Assembly (NCBI GenBank): GCA_031835245.2
Contig: JAVKOQ020000017.1
Location: forward strand, 62,001-126,000
Length of the DNA stretch: 64,000 bases
Source of the DNA: Balamuthia mandrillaris
Lineage: Eukaryota
Direction: 5' to 3'
The translations under genes and the position numbers were made by a program. Positions 49,268 through 60,769 of the stretch are shown one piece after another (position 1 is the first letter of the stretch; every line of letters begins with the position of its first letter). Below the pieces are notes generated by a model that was not told the DNA's origin, made no database searches, and saw nothing but the letters and a program-made list of their open reading frames with translations.

Positions 49268-51402
49268 CGTTCTTCATATTCACAAAACAAAAAAACAAAA
49301 CACAGAGGCAAGCAACATCTCCTTCTTTGCCAACGAGCTCTGGCACTGCGTCCCTCCCGAGTGGCGCCTCCCTCTGCTCTCCCTCTCCCAGCAGCACCTC
49401 CAATCCTTCGCCTCCCTTCAGGCAACGCTCGCGCTGGACAGTCTCCCTCCTCTTCCCGCCTCCCTCGTTTCCTTTCTGGAGGGGTGCCGCTCCCTTAGTT
49501 TGGCTCGCGAGCCCAGCTACGTGCCCCGCGGAATACGGGCAATGGCCAGCGGCACGGCATTGTCCGCCCAATTCCTGCCCTTCCACCTGCAACACACGTT
49601 TGGGATGAGGCCAAAGAAAGTGCATGAGGTCATTTGCATGAGCAAGGTGGTGCACGAGGTCTGCAGGGCCACGGGCATCGATACGGTGGTGGATGTGGGC
49701 GCTGGTGAGGGATATATCTCACACGTGCTTTCGCAGCACTATGGTTATCGGGTTATTGCCATTGAAGGCAACGATTCTTATGCTGGTTTGTTGTTGTTGT
49801 TGTTGTTGTTGTTCTTCTTCTTCTTCTTCTTCTTCTTCTTCTTCTTCTTCTTCCTTTGGCATCTTTGTATGGTGTATAATCTCACAGGTTCTTTTTGGAC
49901 GAAGAAAAGGGAATACAACGGGTCAAAAAAGTCTCTGAACGGATGAAAAATAGCACTGGCAACGGATCACTGGCTGAACCGCATTACATTACTTTCAACT
50001 TAAAAGAAGATACCATTCGTCAGTTTGAAACTCGGCTACAAGAAACCATTCGGGAGATAAAAGAGGAAGAACGAGCAAAAAGCGAAATGAAGAGAGGACA
50101 AGAAAAACAAAAACAGACAGCAGAAGAAGAAACTGAACCAACGAAAGAAAAAGAACGGGAAAAGGACGAAGCTGAAAAAGAAAGAGGGGAGCAAAAGGAA
50201 GAAAAAGTCTGCGTTATAGGATTGCACACTTGTGGTGACCTTTTTCTGCAACTGGTGGATCTGTTTTGCAACCTGCCTTCTGCTTCTGCGTTGGTTGGCG
50301 TGGGCTGTTGCTACCACAAGGCTTCTCCTGCTGTTTATGGTATTTTTTGCTCTTCTCTCTCATTCTTTCGTCTATGTCACTCTCTTTTCTCCTTCTGTTA
50401 CCATCAAAATTCTCTAAAAACAACACCCAAACAGAGGAGATTATTCAGAGCTTTCTCTGCACCAAGATCTTCCCAAAGAGCAAGTGCCTTCAGGCGCAAC
50501 CTCACCGGTTAGGTTGGGGCGGGCTCAAGTTGGCCACTGAGGCCTCCTTTCAATACAGCACAAAGGACGGGGCTGCTTTTAACCACGTCTCCTATTCCCT
50601 CTTTCTACGGGCTTGTTTCGAGGTGGCCATCCGCAAGTACTACCCTCACACTCGCACCGATTGCGAGGATGACTTATCGGCCTCCTCTGACACCATGCAT
50701 GACCTTGCAGCCCATCAGCAAAGCATGGCTAGACCAAGAGGACTGATGCCACAAAAGCTGAGTCCTGAAGAAAAGGTACATGTAGCCTGTTTCGTTCTTT
50801 CGTTTTCCTACGAGCTTCTCTTTTTTCTCTTCTTCTTCTTTTGTTGTATTACGCTGTGTGTAACCATCACATTCACTTACGAAAACTCTTGCAGAAAAAT
50901 CAACTGAGGCACAAAGTGAAGCGGATAAGACACAAGTCATATGCCTCTGCTCGCTCCTATGTTGTACAATCACTGCCGCGAATGTGTGTGAAAACATTAG
51001 AGGACGGCGCCAAATGGCAGTCTATCAACTTTGGCCCGTTTGCTCTCTTTTCTGGCTCTTCTTCTTCGTCGTCGTCGTCTTCTTCTTCTTTTGGAGGACG
51101 AAGGCAAAGAGAAAGAAAAAGTTGTGGAAGATGTGTTGCAAGTTTTTGAGAAGTATAGCGGAAGAGAAGCGGAGATACGAGCATGGGTGGCATTGCAGAT
51201 GGCTCTGAGCCCGTTGTTGGAGTCGTTGATCCTTTTGGACAGATACCTTTACCTGCACGAACGACTGCACCCAGAGGACGAGTCTTCACCTTCTTCATCC
51301 GCTGAGAATGAACGGGGAGCACAAAGGATCGATGAAGAAGTGGTGCCTATCTTTGACGCCACGTTATCCCCTCGCAACTTTGCTTTGATTGCCAAAAAAT
51401 GA
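49022..51402 (+). CDS. Methyltransferase, METTL25/METTL25B (Methyltransf_32)-like; multi-exon
   Basis: MRPKKVHEV, VVDVGAGEGYISHVLS, VIGLHTCGDL, VGCCYH, LESLILLDRYLYLHE, PIFDATLSPRNFALIAKK*. Confidence 0.9.
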
Positions 51403-51470
51403 AAGATGGACGCTTCCTCCCCCCCCTATTTCAGTTGTGCCCAAAGAGAAACCAACCAACACACAGGCAA

Positions 51471-51504
<34 letters not shown>

Positions 51505-51984
51505 CACGAGGAAGAGGGACAGACCACTTGTTACTTGCCCCCATGATTGCCGGCTGTGCACGTGCTGCGGTGCATTCTAATTATAATTTCCTAAAGTGGT
51601 TACGATGACGTGTGTTTAAGGAGCAACAAACGTGAACAGTTTCTTCAGCCAATTCAGAATGGATTTTTGTCGACAATTCGTTTTCTACCGGCATCTTTGA
51701 TTTTTGATTGGTGATTTGAATCCTCATGAGGAACAACAAAACAAAGAAAGGAAAGAAAGAGAACTGAACTGAAAAAAAGCCCATCACCATCATCGCTGCC
51801 AAGCTTGTCCAACGCACCTTTGTGGTGTCCTTTCCTGTTTGTTGTGTTGTAGTTTTTTTAAATTATTTTTATTATTATTAGTTTGTAACAACCCATTTTT
51901 TTTTCTTCTTTTTTTTTTTAAAAAACAACTTTCTTTTTATTTTAAAAAAGTTGTTGACAAGAACAACAACAACAACGAGCAAGA

Positions 51985-53085
51985 ATGATGACCATGAGTC
52001 CAACGGCGTTGCTCTCGCAGGACGAGATCCTGCCGCCGGAGCTGATGGTAGAAATCTTTTCCATGCTGCCGGTGAAGCAGCTCTGCGCGCTGCGCTTGGT
52101 GTGCTCCGCGTGGGCGGACCTGATCGCCTGCGACGTGGTGTGGCGGCGGCTGCTGGCCTGGCACTTTGGGGCCACGCAGTTCTCCGCGGAGGAGCTGCTT
52201 TTGGCGGAGCAAAAGGGTTGGATGGCAGTTTACCAGAGCTACTGCAGGTAGCATTTCGTTTCCATCGAGTTACATACATTAGTGCTTTTTTTTTCTCCTG
52301 ACCTGTTTGGACAAAAAAACAAAACAGGTTGAGTTGGAATAAGAGTTCGCTGCCCTCGGATGTGCGACTATCCGCGGACAAGAAGACGGTGGAGAACGTG
52401 GCCAGCGGACAAATGAGGCTCAGTGCTGCTGTTGACTTCCTGCTTACTAAAGAAGGGGATTACTTTTTCGAGTTTCTTGCCGAGTATGTCCTTGTTCTTC
52501 TTCTTCTCCTCCTCCTACTTCCCTTGCTTCGTCTTCTTCTTCGTCTTCTTCGTCCTGTCTTTTGCTTCGTCTTGTTTGTTTTTCTTCTTGTTCTTCATCT
52601 CTTCCGCCTCTTCTCCCTCCTCCTGTTCTTCTTCTCTAATAACGCTAAATGATAACAAAAAGCCACATCAAAACGCCAGGCTTCCCCAACTTAACAGGCT
52701 TTGGAATTTCTATCGAGAGCACAGGCGGTTGGTATGAAACCAACAAGGTTTGACGCTCCTTTCCCATTTCTCTTTTTCATCTATTCTCATATTCTTTTTC
52801 TAAACAACAACCAGGGAGTTGGTTGGTACAATCGTGCAGGAGCATTCCGGTATGGGCAAGGCATAAAGTTAAACAGCGACCCAACTGCCTTTTCGGAGGC
52901 ACGCACCGGCGAAGAGTGGCCAAGTTGGGAGGAAGGAGATGTGTTGGCCATCTCCGTTCATCTAAAAAATGTCGACGACAGTGACTCTCCTCACCGACAG
53001 GACAGCTTTGTTCGCTTTTACAGAAACAAAGAACTCATTGGTACCTTGCTTTCTCTTTCAGCTCTGTTCTCTTCCTCCCTCCCTC

Positions 53086-53131
<46 letters not shown>

Positions 53132-53293
53132 CTCTCATCTCTCAAATCAACCAACGAAAACGACAAAGGGTCCATAAATATTGATCCTGATGACAGGTAT
53201 AAGGTCACGTTCTTGTTCCATCAAGGAGATCGCATCACACTTCGGAGTGGTGGCAAGCGAACTCCTCCTAGTGACTATTGCCTTTCTTCTTGA
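51985..53293 (+). CDS. F-box protein with C-terminal SPRY/B30.2-like domain; multi-exon
   Basis: LPPELMVEIFSMLPVKQLCALRLVCSAWADL; VRLSADKKTVEN, GDYFFEF, GVGWY, WEEGDVLAISV, VRFYRNKELIG. Confidence 0.8.
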
Positions 53294-54016
53294 CCTCTCG
53301 TCATTGTTAGTTAATAAAACCAAATAAAAAGTTAGTTACCCTTGCACAATCCATTCATTGGGTCGCTGCAATGTACAAGCAGCAAAGTAAATACTTTGTT
53401 TTTCACAGACTACAAGTGAGTTGTCACTCATCCTTAGAAGAGGACGAGTTGCACCAGCTTGAGTACCAGGAGGCAGTGGCGGTGATGCCTCTGGACCATG
53501 AGGAGGAGGATGAGCTAGAAGAATATCCTCTTTTTATGGAGCATTCTACTTCTGCTACTCTTCCTTCAAGACAACTTGATTGCTCTCCTGCCACCACAAG
53601 TGCTAGGCCTTCTTGTTCTTCTTCTTCTTTGTTCTTGTTGTTTTTCTTGTTCTTGTCCTTCTTCTTCTTCTTCTTCTTCTTTTCCTCTTCTTCCTTCTCC
53701 TCCTCCTCCTTCTTTTCTTCTTCTTCATCTTCTTCTTCAAATGCTATTACTACAACTACTTCTGTTTCTGCTGAGGCTGCTGTCATTTGGGCCAAATGGA
53801 TGCCTAAACTGCACTCTATCTACCATGGCCAACAACTCCAACAACAAAAAGCCTCACCAAAGAGTGCACTTCATTTTTTTTTTTAGTTGTTCTCTTGTTG
53901 CTTGCTACATGTAAACAAAATGTCATAGTTATGTTGTTGTTATTATTGTATAAGAGTGGGTGTATTTATAGTAAGTCTGCTTTACTCATCTCTAAAAGTA
54001 TTAGTGAAGATTACAT

Positions 54017-55109
54017 TTAGGAGCAACCATGCTCTTGTAGCCAGTTTAACACTTTTGGATGATTTCTTGCTGCATATATAGCGTTTTTATCCCAAGGACA
54101 ACCATTTGCCCACAACCATTGTACTATCCCCAAATTTCCACAAAGAGTGGCTGAGGAAAAGGTCAAAGTGTCCCAAGGGCAGCCCTGCTCCCTTGCCCAC
54201 TTCAGTACTTCTAAGTGTCCTTCTTCTGCAGCTGCAGTGCAGGTGGATGCATTCCAAGGGCAGCCCTGCTCCCTTGCCCACTTCAGCACTTCCAAATGTC
54301 CTCCTTCTGCAGCTTTGTTGCATGTAATTGCGTCCCAAGGGCAGCCCTGCTCCCTTGCCCACTTCAGCACTTCCAATTGACCTGCTTCAGCAGCCATGTA
54401 ACACATTGTTAAGTGCCAAGGGGAACCATAATATTTCTTGAACTTGTGGAAAAGAGGACGGGCTCTGCTGACTTGGTCCTCAGCACTGGCAGTGGCAGTG
54501 GTGATGCTTTGGTGCAGCGACTTGTCCTGTAGCCATTTCAGAGCTGCCACACACCCATGTTTGATTGCCAGGGTGAGCATTAGTTCATCCCAGCATTCCC
54601 CTTTCTCCTTCCACACATACTCCAGCACTTCTACGTTTCCACCAGCAGCAACAAAGCCGTACACGTGCTTGCTCCAAGGGCAGCCTTGGGCGCGAGCCCA
54701 CTGCAACACATCCACCTTGCCCAGTTTAGCTGCCACATTGCAAGTGATTTCATTCAAGCAGTAGCCGTTTTGGCAAGCCCATTGCAGGAGCTCCACCCTG
54801 CCACAGATAGTGCGGATGGACAACCTGCGTCGCAAGTGAGGAGGGCAACAGGCAAACCAGCCACGACAGGTCCTTGCCGCCACAGCCAACATGCCCCTGG
54901 GAAGCATGCCCAAGATGTAGTGGAGCAGTTCTGCTGGTAGGTCCTCCACCGTTGGTTGCGCTGTTGGAATGTGCTCGGTGGGTTGTTGATTGCTTCCTTC
55001 CTGCACAGCGTTAATTGTTTGATTTTATGAGGAGTGGGAAGCAAACAAAAAAAAAAGAATCATTAGTTTTGTGGAGTTGTTTCTCTCCGACGGAGAGGAA
55101 GCGCACCAT
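54017..55109 (-). CDS. F-box + ankyrin-repeat protein of the 'WAREQGCPW' type
   Basis: TVEDLPAELLHYILGML...AARTCRGW, then repeats TCxxAAxxGHLEVLKWAREQGCPW. Probable start is an ATG-only exon (55107-55109) spliced GTGCGC...TGCAG onto GAAGGA at 55000 (inferred). Confidence 0.85.
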
Positions 55110-55190
55110 CTTTCTTCTTTCTTGCTCTGTTTCCTATTTGTTAATTGAATTTCTTAGCGGAGAGTAACCAAAAATTTGCAAAAGACAGAA

Positions 55191-55262
55191 CTCCCCCGCC
55201 GGGAATCGAACCCGGGTTGTCCGCGTGACAGGCGGAAGTGCTGCCGACTACACCACAAGGGA
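55191..55262 (-). tRNA. tRNA-Asp (GTC), second copy
   Basis: Reverse complement is identical to 27781-27852 except position 5 (TCCCTTG vs TCCCCTG). Confidence 0.96.
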
Positions 55263-55356
55263 AGTTGTTGAGGAAAATATACTAATTTGTAGATATATAT
55301 GTACACAGCAACTATATATACCGAAAAAAAAAATTCCCTTCCGCCAAGAAAACTTG

Positions 55357-56561
55357 ATGGAGGAGAGAGGGAGGCAGACCTTGCCTTTGGAGGAGGATGC
55401 GCTTAGCCACTTTGAGCGTTTGGTCTGCCATTACTTTGATCTTCTTCTTCTCCTGCAAGAGTCTGCTGATGATGTTCAACAACAACACCTCGAGCCGGAA
55501 AAACGTGTTTCTGGCCACGCTGGTGATAGTCGCGAGCGTCTTCAAGACTTCACCTTCGTCACCACCGTTTTGGACCTTTTTGAACGAAGCAAAGTTGGCG
55601 GCGTGGTGCACCTCGAAGCAACAGAGAAGAACGACGATGGGGAGGTCGTCGCTGCTCTGCACTTGATCGGCTTCCAGGAGGTGGAAGCTGAAGGACAAGG
55701 CAGCAACCGCTGCTTTCGTTTCTGTCACTCGCAACAACTTTTTCGCTTTGAGAAGGTGAAGAACGGAGCGAGGAGGAAGTACCACCGCCTTCAGGGCCAA
55801 CGCCAAAGGCAGCACTTTATGAACTTGTTGCAGAGGATCTTTGTGAGTCCTTCTGCTGATGGTGACAGGAAGGAACAGGAGGCACTGCCATTTTGTATCG
55901 TTACTGCTGCACGATCGCTTCGTTCCTTTCTTGCTGCATACAAATCGGTTTGCTTCTTCATTGTAGTTCTTGCCCTTCTTCGTGTTCTTCTTCCTCTTGT
56001 TCTTCTTCTTCTTGTCTTCTTCTTCTCTCTTTTTCGTTCTTCTTCTGCTTTGTTAACTCGAGTTTGAAGGAGATTGGAAGTGGACCATTCATTAAAGGAC
56101 TTCAAGCTGTGTTGCGTGCACAGAAAGGCAGAGAAGAGGTGATGTGTTGGTACGTATGGGCTTCCTTATTCACTCAAAGCTGTGGTGCATCCTTTGCCAA
56201 GGACGCTCTCCTTCTGCTCAGCGATCTATGCTTCGTACTACATAAAACACCGAACCTAATGCACGCGAAGCAAGAGGAACGGCATGACGAAGATACAGCG
56301 GAAGAAGGAGAAGAAGATGAAGAAATGGAAGTGATGTGGGGCGTATGTGAAGTGATGGAAGACAAACACATCCTAAGTTTGCTGAAACTCTTTCCTTCGT
56401 CCAAGAAGAGCTTTGGAAGTGCAACGGGACAGATTCGTCCTCATCCACAACTCTTGCGCCGACGGCAACCAAAGCAAGCCAATGACAACAGCGAGGAGAA
56501 GCACAAGAAGCAAAAGAAGCCGTTCCAGCAGGTTCTAAACAATTTTTGGAAGAAGAAGTGA
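55357..56561 (+). CDS. Hypothetical protein; at least 2 exons
   Basis: ORF from MEERGRQTL, a pyrimidine-rich intron at ~55948-56069, then EIGSGPFIKGLQAVL...NNFWKKK*. No motif recognised. Confidence 0.6.
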
Positions 56562-56953
56562 CATCATTCTTGTTCTCCCTGTTGTTCCACTCCCTACCAA
56601 CAGACCAATTCTGTAGAGCCATGTTCTGTTTGGTTGGCTGTCTATTGATGGCTCGCAGGTCTGTTCATTGCTTACGTGGATCAAGGCGGAGTTGTGGTTT
56701 GGACACGCTCAAGAGCCTCAATTGGACGATAGCCCACGACACTTCTATATCTTTATCTTCTTATCGTTCTTCTTGTTCTTGTTCTTGTTCTTCTTCTTCT
56801 TCTTCTCGTTCTTCTCGTTCTTCTTCTGCCTCTTCTTCTTCTCCTTCTTGTTCTTCTTCTTCTTGTTCTTGTTCTTCTTATTTTTCTTCTTCTTGAACTC
56901 CCTCTCCGTTTAAAACCAAATAACAATATTTACTCCGTTTTGCTAATGCTCCT

Positions 56954-59129
56954 CTAAGCATCGATATAGCCGTTGAAAGTAATCTGCCAGCGATTCATCC
57001 TTCCACTCTGCTGTGCAAACGGGTAATCCAGTCTCACTTGCCACGTTCCCAGCACGTTCTCTCCCCAGTAAGCCAACGACATGAACGTCCAATCAATGTT
57101 GTACTTGATGCGTCGGTTGGACCAGGACTCTTTGTGCTTCAGCTGCAGGTAGCTCTCCACTCCCGAGGGAGAGATGAGAACCACCTCGCAATCAGAGCGA
57201 GTGGTTGGGAATACGGCGTCCACGTAAAGTTGGACCGACTCAAGGCGCATCTTGGAAAGGGCATAGCGAGTGTTGCTGTTGGCGGTGACTTGGTACTGGA
57301 AGGTGGTGATGCCTTGAATCTTGCCCAGCGGGTCGTTTTCTTTGTAGGAGCTAATTGGAGAGGACCAGCTTACCACTGAACCAAGAATTCGTAAGGGCGT
57401 TGTAAACAACGAAAGGAAAACTTGAGAGAAAAAACATAAACATACGATTTGGTACGTTCTTCCATGACTTGGCGGCTTCAACGGCGGCCTCAGCGTTGAG
57501 TAATCCAAAGCCGAAGTCGTGCGAGAACCACAGGCCAGCTCCGTTTTGTTTCCAGCCATCGCGGTTGGGTCCACGGTCGAGGCCCTCCTTCCTGGATGTG
57601 CGGACGATGACATGTTGCACGTCCCTCCAAGTCAGGTTAGGGTTGACTTGCAACAACAATGCCACGAATCCGGCTGCCATAGGTCTGTTCATTGGTTAAA
57701 AGGGCTAAGCAAAACAAAATAAAGTTTGATGAATTCTACGCACGCTGCAGCTGAAGTGCCAGAGAAGTGAGTATTGCAACCCTGCACGCCTGTGCTGGTG
57801 ATCAAGTCATGGGTGCCTGAGCTGGGCGCTACCGCCATCAAGCAAGCGCCCGGTTCGCCATACCTCGTCACGTCGCCGTATCGATCCACCGCTCCAATGC
57901 TGATGGTGTAGGGGTTGTTTACGTAGCCGTCATAGTTCTGGTTGTCGTTGGCTCCCCTGCCGTTGCCGCCTGCCCATACGTAGATAGTGCCTAGGCCGTT
58001 GCGTCCATTCTGGACGCACTGGCGGATGGCATCCTGGACGGCACGACTGGGGCCTTGGTGTCCTGCGACACGGTCGTCCGGACCCCAGCTGCAGCTGAAG
58101 ATCATGTTCATTTGGTCTTGGGGCACGTCGTCGCAGTTATGGCTGACGGCGCGGGCTTCTTGGGCTTCAGTGATACCGGAACTGCCCTCCAGCATTTTGA
58201 TGCCCGCTACCTTGGCGCGTGGGGCCACACCGACACCGCATACGTTGTTGTCTCGTGCTGCCGCACATCCTGTATGTTTTTATTTGTTTGTTTGTTTGTT
58301 TGTTTGTTAAGCAAGAGCAATGAGAAATGAGAAACAAGCAAACTGGTGTAGAAAGGGGATGAAGAGAAAAGCGAATAAAACCTGCAGACGCAGTTCCATG
58401 TTCATCGGGACGGCTCCAGCTCATGAGAGGCGAAGGATCCTTGTTTCCGGTTCTTACGTTCAAACTGCCATCCCTGAAAAAGTTGGGCTGCAAGTCCGGA
58501 TGGTCAAACTTCATGCCATCGTCAACGATGGCCACAGTAACACCCTCCCCTCTCACTCCGCTCTGCCAGACTTTCTCCACATTGAGGTTCTGGCCAGTGC
58601 CATGCAGGTGCCACTGTTGGGCGTAGAGAGGGTCCTCTGGTAGAGAGCCCTCTGCGCTTCTGAGCAGCCGCTGATAGGTCACTTGATGCTGGTACCATTG
58701 AATCTCATCGGAGAGAGACAGGTTGAAGTGCGGAAGATGAAGAGAGGTGACAGAGGGCTCAGGAATGTCAGAAGGGTAATGATCCTCCAGGTCATACCGT
58801 TGTGTGAGAGAGGAATCGAGAGGGTTGTCTTGTTGGGAGAAGAGATCAAAGTAGGGGTCTCGGAAGAGGTAGTACTCTTTGAGGTTGCCGATGCGACCAA
58901 CATATTCGAGGCCGTGGCGTTGCGCTATGGAACCCACGTCGATGTGGTCTCCAGGGATATGAACAGCAATCTCGCCCGTGTATTCGGGGACGAAGGCAGG
59001 GGCAGGTATGGCAGAAACTAGTAGGTTTTTGTGGCTGTTAGTCTAAAACAGAGGAGGGGAAACTAAAACGAGGGACCAACCAGTCCATATTACAAAGGAA
59101 ACCGCAACCAAAACAAATAGGGACTTCAT
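56954..59129 (-). CDS. Kexin/furin-like proprotein convertase (S8B + P domain), no C-terminal TM; multi-exon
   Basis: Signal peptide MKSLFVLVAVSFVIW, DPLYAQQWHL, VAIVDDG (Asp), EHGTASAG (His), SCSWGPDD, VWAGGNG (oxyanion Asn), FSGTSAAA (Ser), LTWRDVQH, P-domain WTFMSLAYWGENVLGTW. Confidence 0.93.
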
Positions 59130-59433
59130 TTTTTGTGGCCCTTCAATTTATGAATAACCCTGAACTCGTCCGGAGGGAGGAGTAAAGTGGAAAACTCCCC
59201 TGTTTGGCTTTTCCCTTCTTTCGTTTTCCTTTTCTAAAGATTCTACCAACAAAAAAAAAAGAAGTTTAACGAAAGGGCAGACCTTAAAAAAGGATAAGCC
59301 GCGGCTATTAGGAACATTTCGTTTTTGTGTCGACATCCAACGATGGACCTCCACATGTGCACCATTGCTGCACAATACCCTGCCAAAGAAAAGAAAAAAA
59401 GAAAGCGAAAAAGAAGAAAAGAGAGAGAGAGCG

Positions 59434-60723
59434 ATGATGGAGGAAGAGCAGCGCTTCGCGCCGTTGAAGAATGACCTGATACTGCGGGCGGCCAGAGGGG
59501 AAAAAACGGAGCGAGTGCCAGTGTGGATCATGCGTCAGGCCGGGCGCTACCTCCCCGAGTACCACGTGACCAAGGAGAAAGGGGGCGACTTCTTCGCCAT
59601 CTGCAGGAACAAGGAGCTCGCCGCTGAGATCACCCTTCAGCCCATCGAGCGCTTCCCCCTCGACGCTGCCATCATTTTCACTGACATTCTTGTAGTCTGC
59701 CAAGCTGTCGGTCTGGAGGTTCTCACTTGTCACCCTTTTCATGGCTCCTCTCCACTCCACCTCTCCTCTTTCTGATTACTCTTTCTTCTCTCTCTTACCA
59801 GGTTCTCATGTTGGAAGGCAAAGGCCCCAGCTTTCCTGCCCCGCTGCAAACCCCAGAGGACCTCGACCGCCTGATCCCCCACCCGGACGTCAACCAGGCC
59901 CTGGGCTACGTCTTCGAGGCCATCACCCTCACGCGGCAGCGCCTGCAGGGGAGGGTCCCCTTGATCGGCTTCGCCGGGGCGCCCTGGACCCTCATGGCCT
60001 ACATGATCGAGGGCAGCGGCAGCAAGACCTTTGCCAAGGCCAAGCAGTGGCTCTACACCTGGCCGGAGGCCTCCCAGCGGTTGCTCACGTTGCTCACCGA
60101 TGTGATCATTGAGTACTTGGGTACTTTTTTGCCTGTTTTTGTGTTCTTTTTCTCCAACAGCTAACCAACACAACACAACACAACACAACACAGACGGACA
60201 AGTAAAAGCAGGAGCGCAGTTACTTCAAATCTTTGACTCGTGGGCGGGAGAGCTCTCCCCTTCCTCCTTCCAGGAGTTCAGCCTTCCTTCCCTCTGTCGC
60301 ATCGCGGCTGCCATGAAGGAGCGCCATCCCGATGTGCCCCTCATCATCTTTGCCAAAGGGGCTCATTACGCGTTGGAGTGGCTCTCCCAGGAGAGCGTCT
60401 ACGATGTCATCGCCCTGGACTGGACTGTCGACCCTGCGATAGCTCGTTGCAGAACAAAGCAGAGGAGAACAGAGAAAGAAGGAGAAGGGGAAGGGAAGGA
60501 GGACTCACCACCAACGTTGCAGGGCAATTTGGATCCGTGCGTGTTGTATGGAACGGAGGAGATCATTGAGAAGGAGGTGAAGAGGATGTTGGAGGGATTC
60601 GGAACGCAGAGGTTGATTGGAAACCTTGGCCATGGTTTACATCCTTCTCATGATCCCGCCAAAGTTGGTCTCTTCATCGACCTCGTTCATCGTCTCTCTG
60701 AAGAGATGAACAATTCTTCATAG
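59434..60723 (+). CDS. UROD: Uroporphyrinogen decarboxylase; 3 exons
   Basis: [75 protein letters not shown]. Confidence 0.97.
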
Positions 60724-60769
60724 AAAAAAAAATAGAATGGAAAGAACAAAAATACCTCTTTTTCTTTTT

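Noticed and set aside
38515..51402. Apparent cluster of three methyltransferases (METTL23-like, PCMT1, METTL25-like)
   Set aside because: Unrelated housekeeping families interspersed with other genes; no evidence of a shared pathway.
53371..53914. Overlapping low-complexity ORFs on both strands
   Set aside because: Dominated by a CTT repeat with no recognisable domain; cannot be supported as a gene.
55225..55356. ORF starts 'MTGGSAADYTT' shared with 27552-27818
   Set aside because: Both are translations of the antisense strand of the tRNA-Asp genes.
56560..56900. Cys/Ser- or Phe-rich ORFs
   Set aside because: Translations of (TTC)/(TTCTTG)n simple repeats in an intergenic or 3' region.
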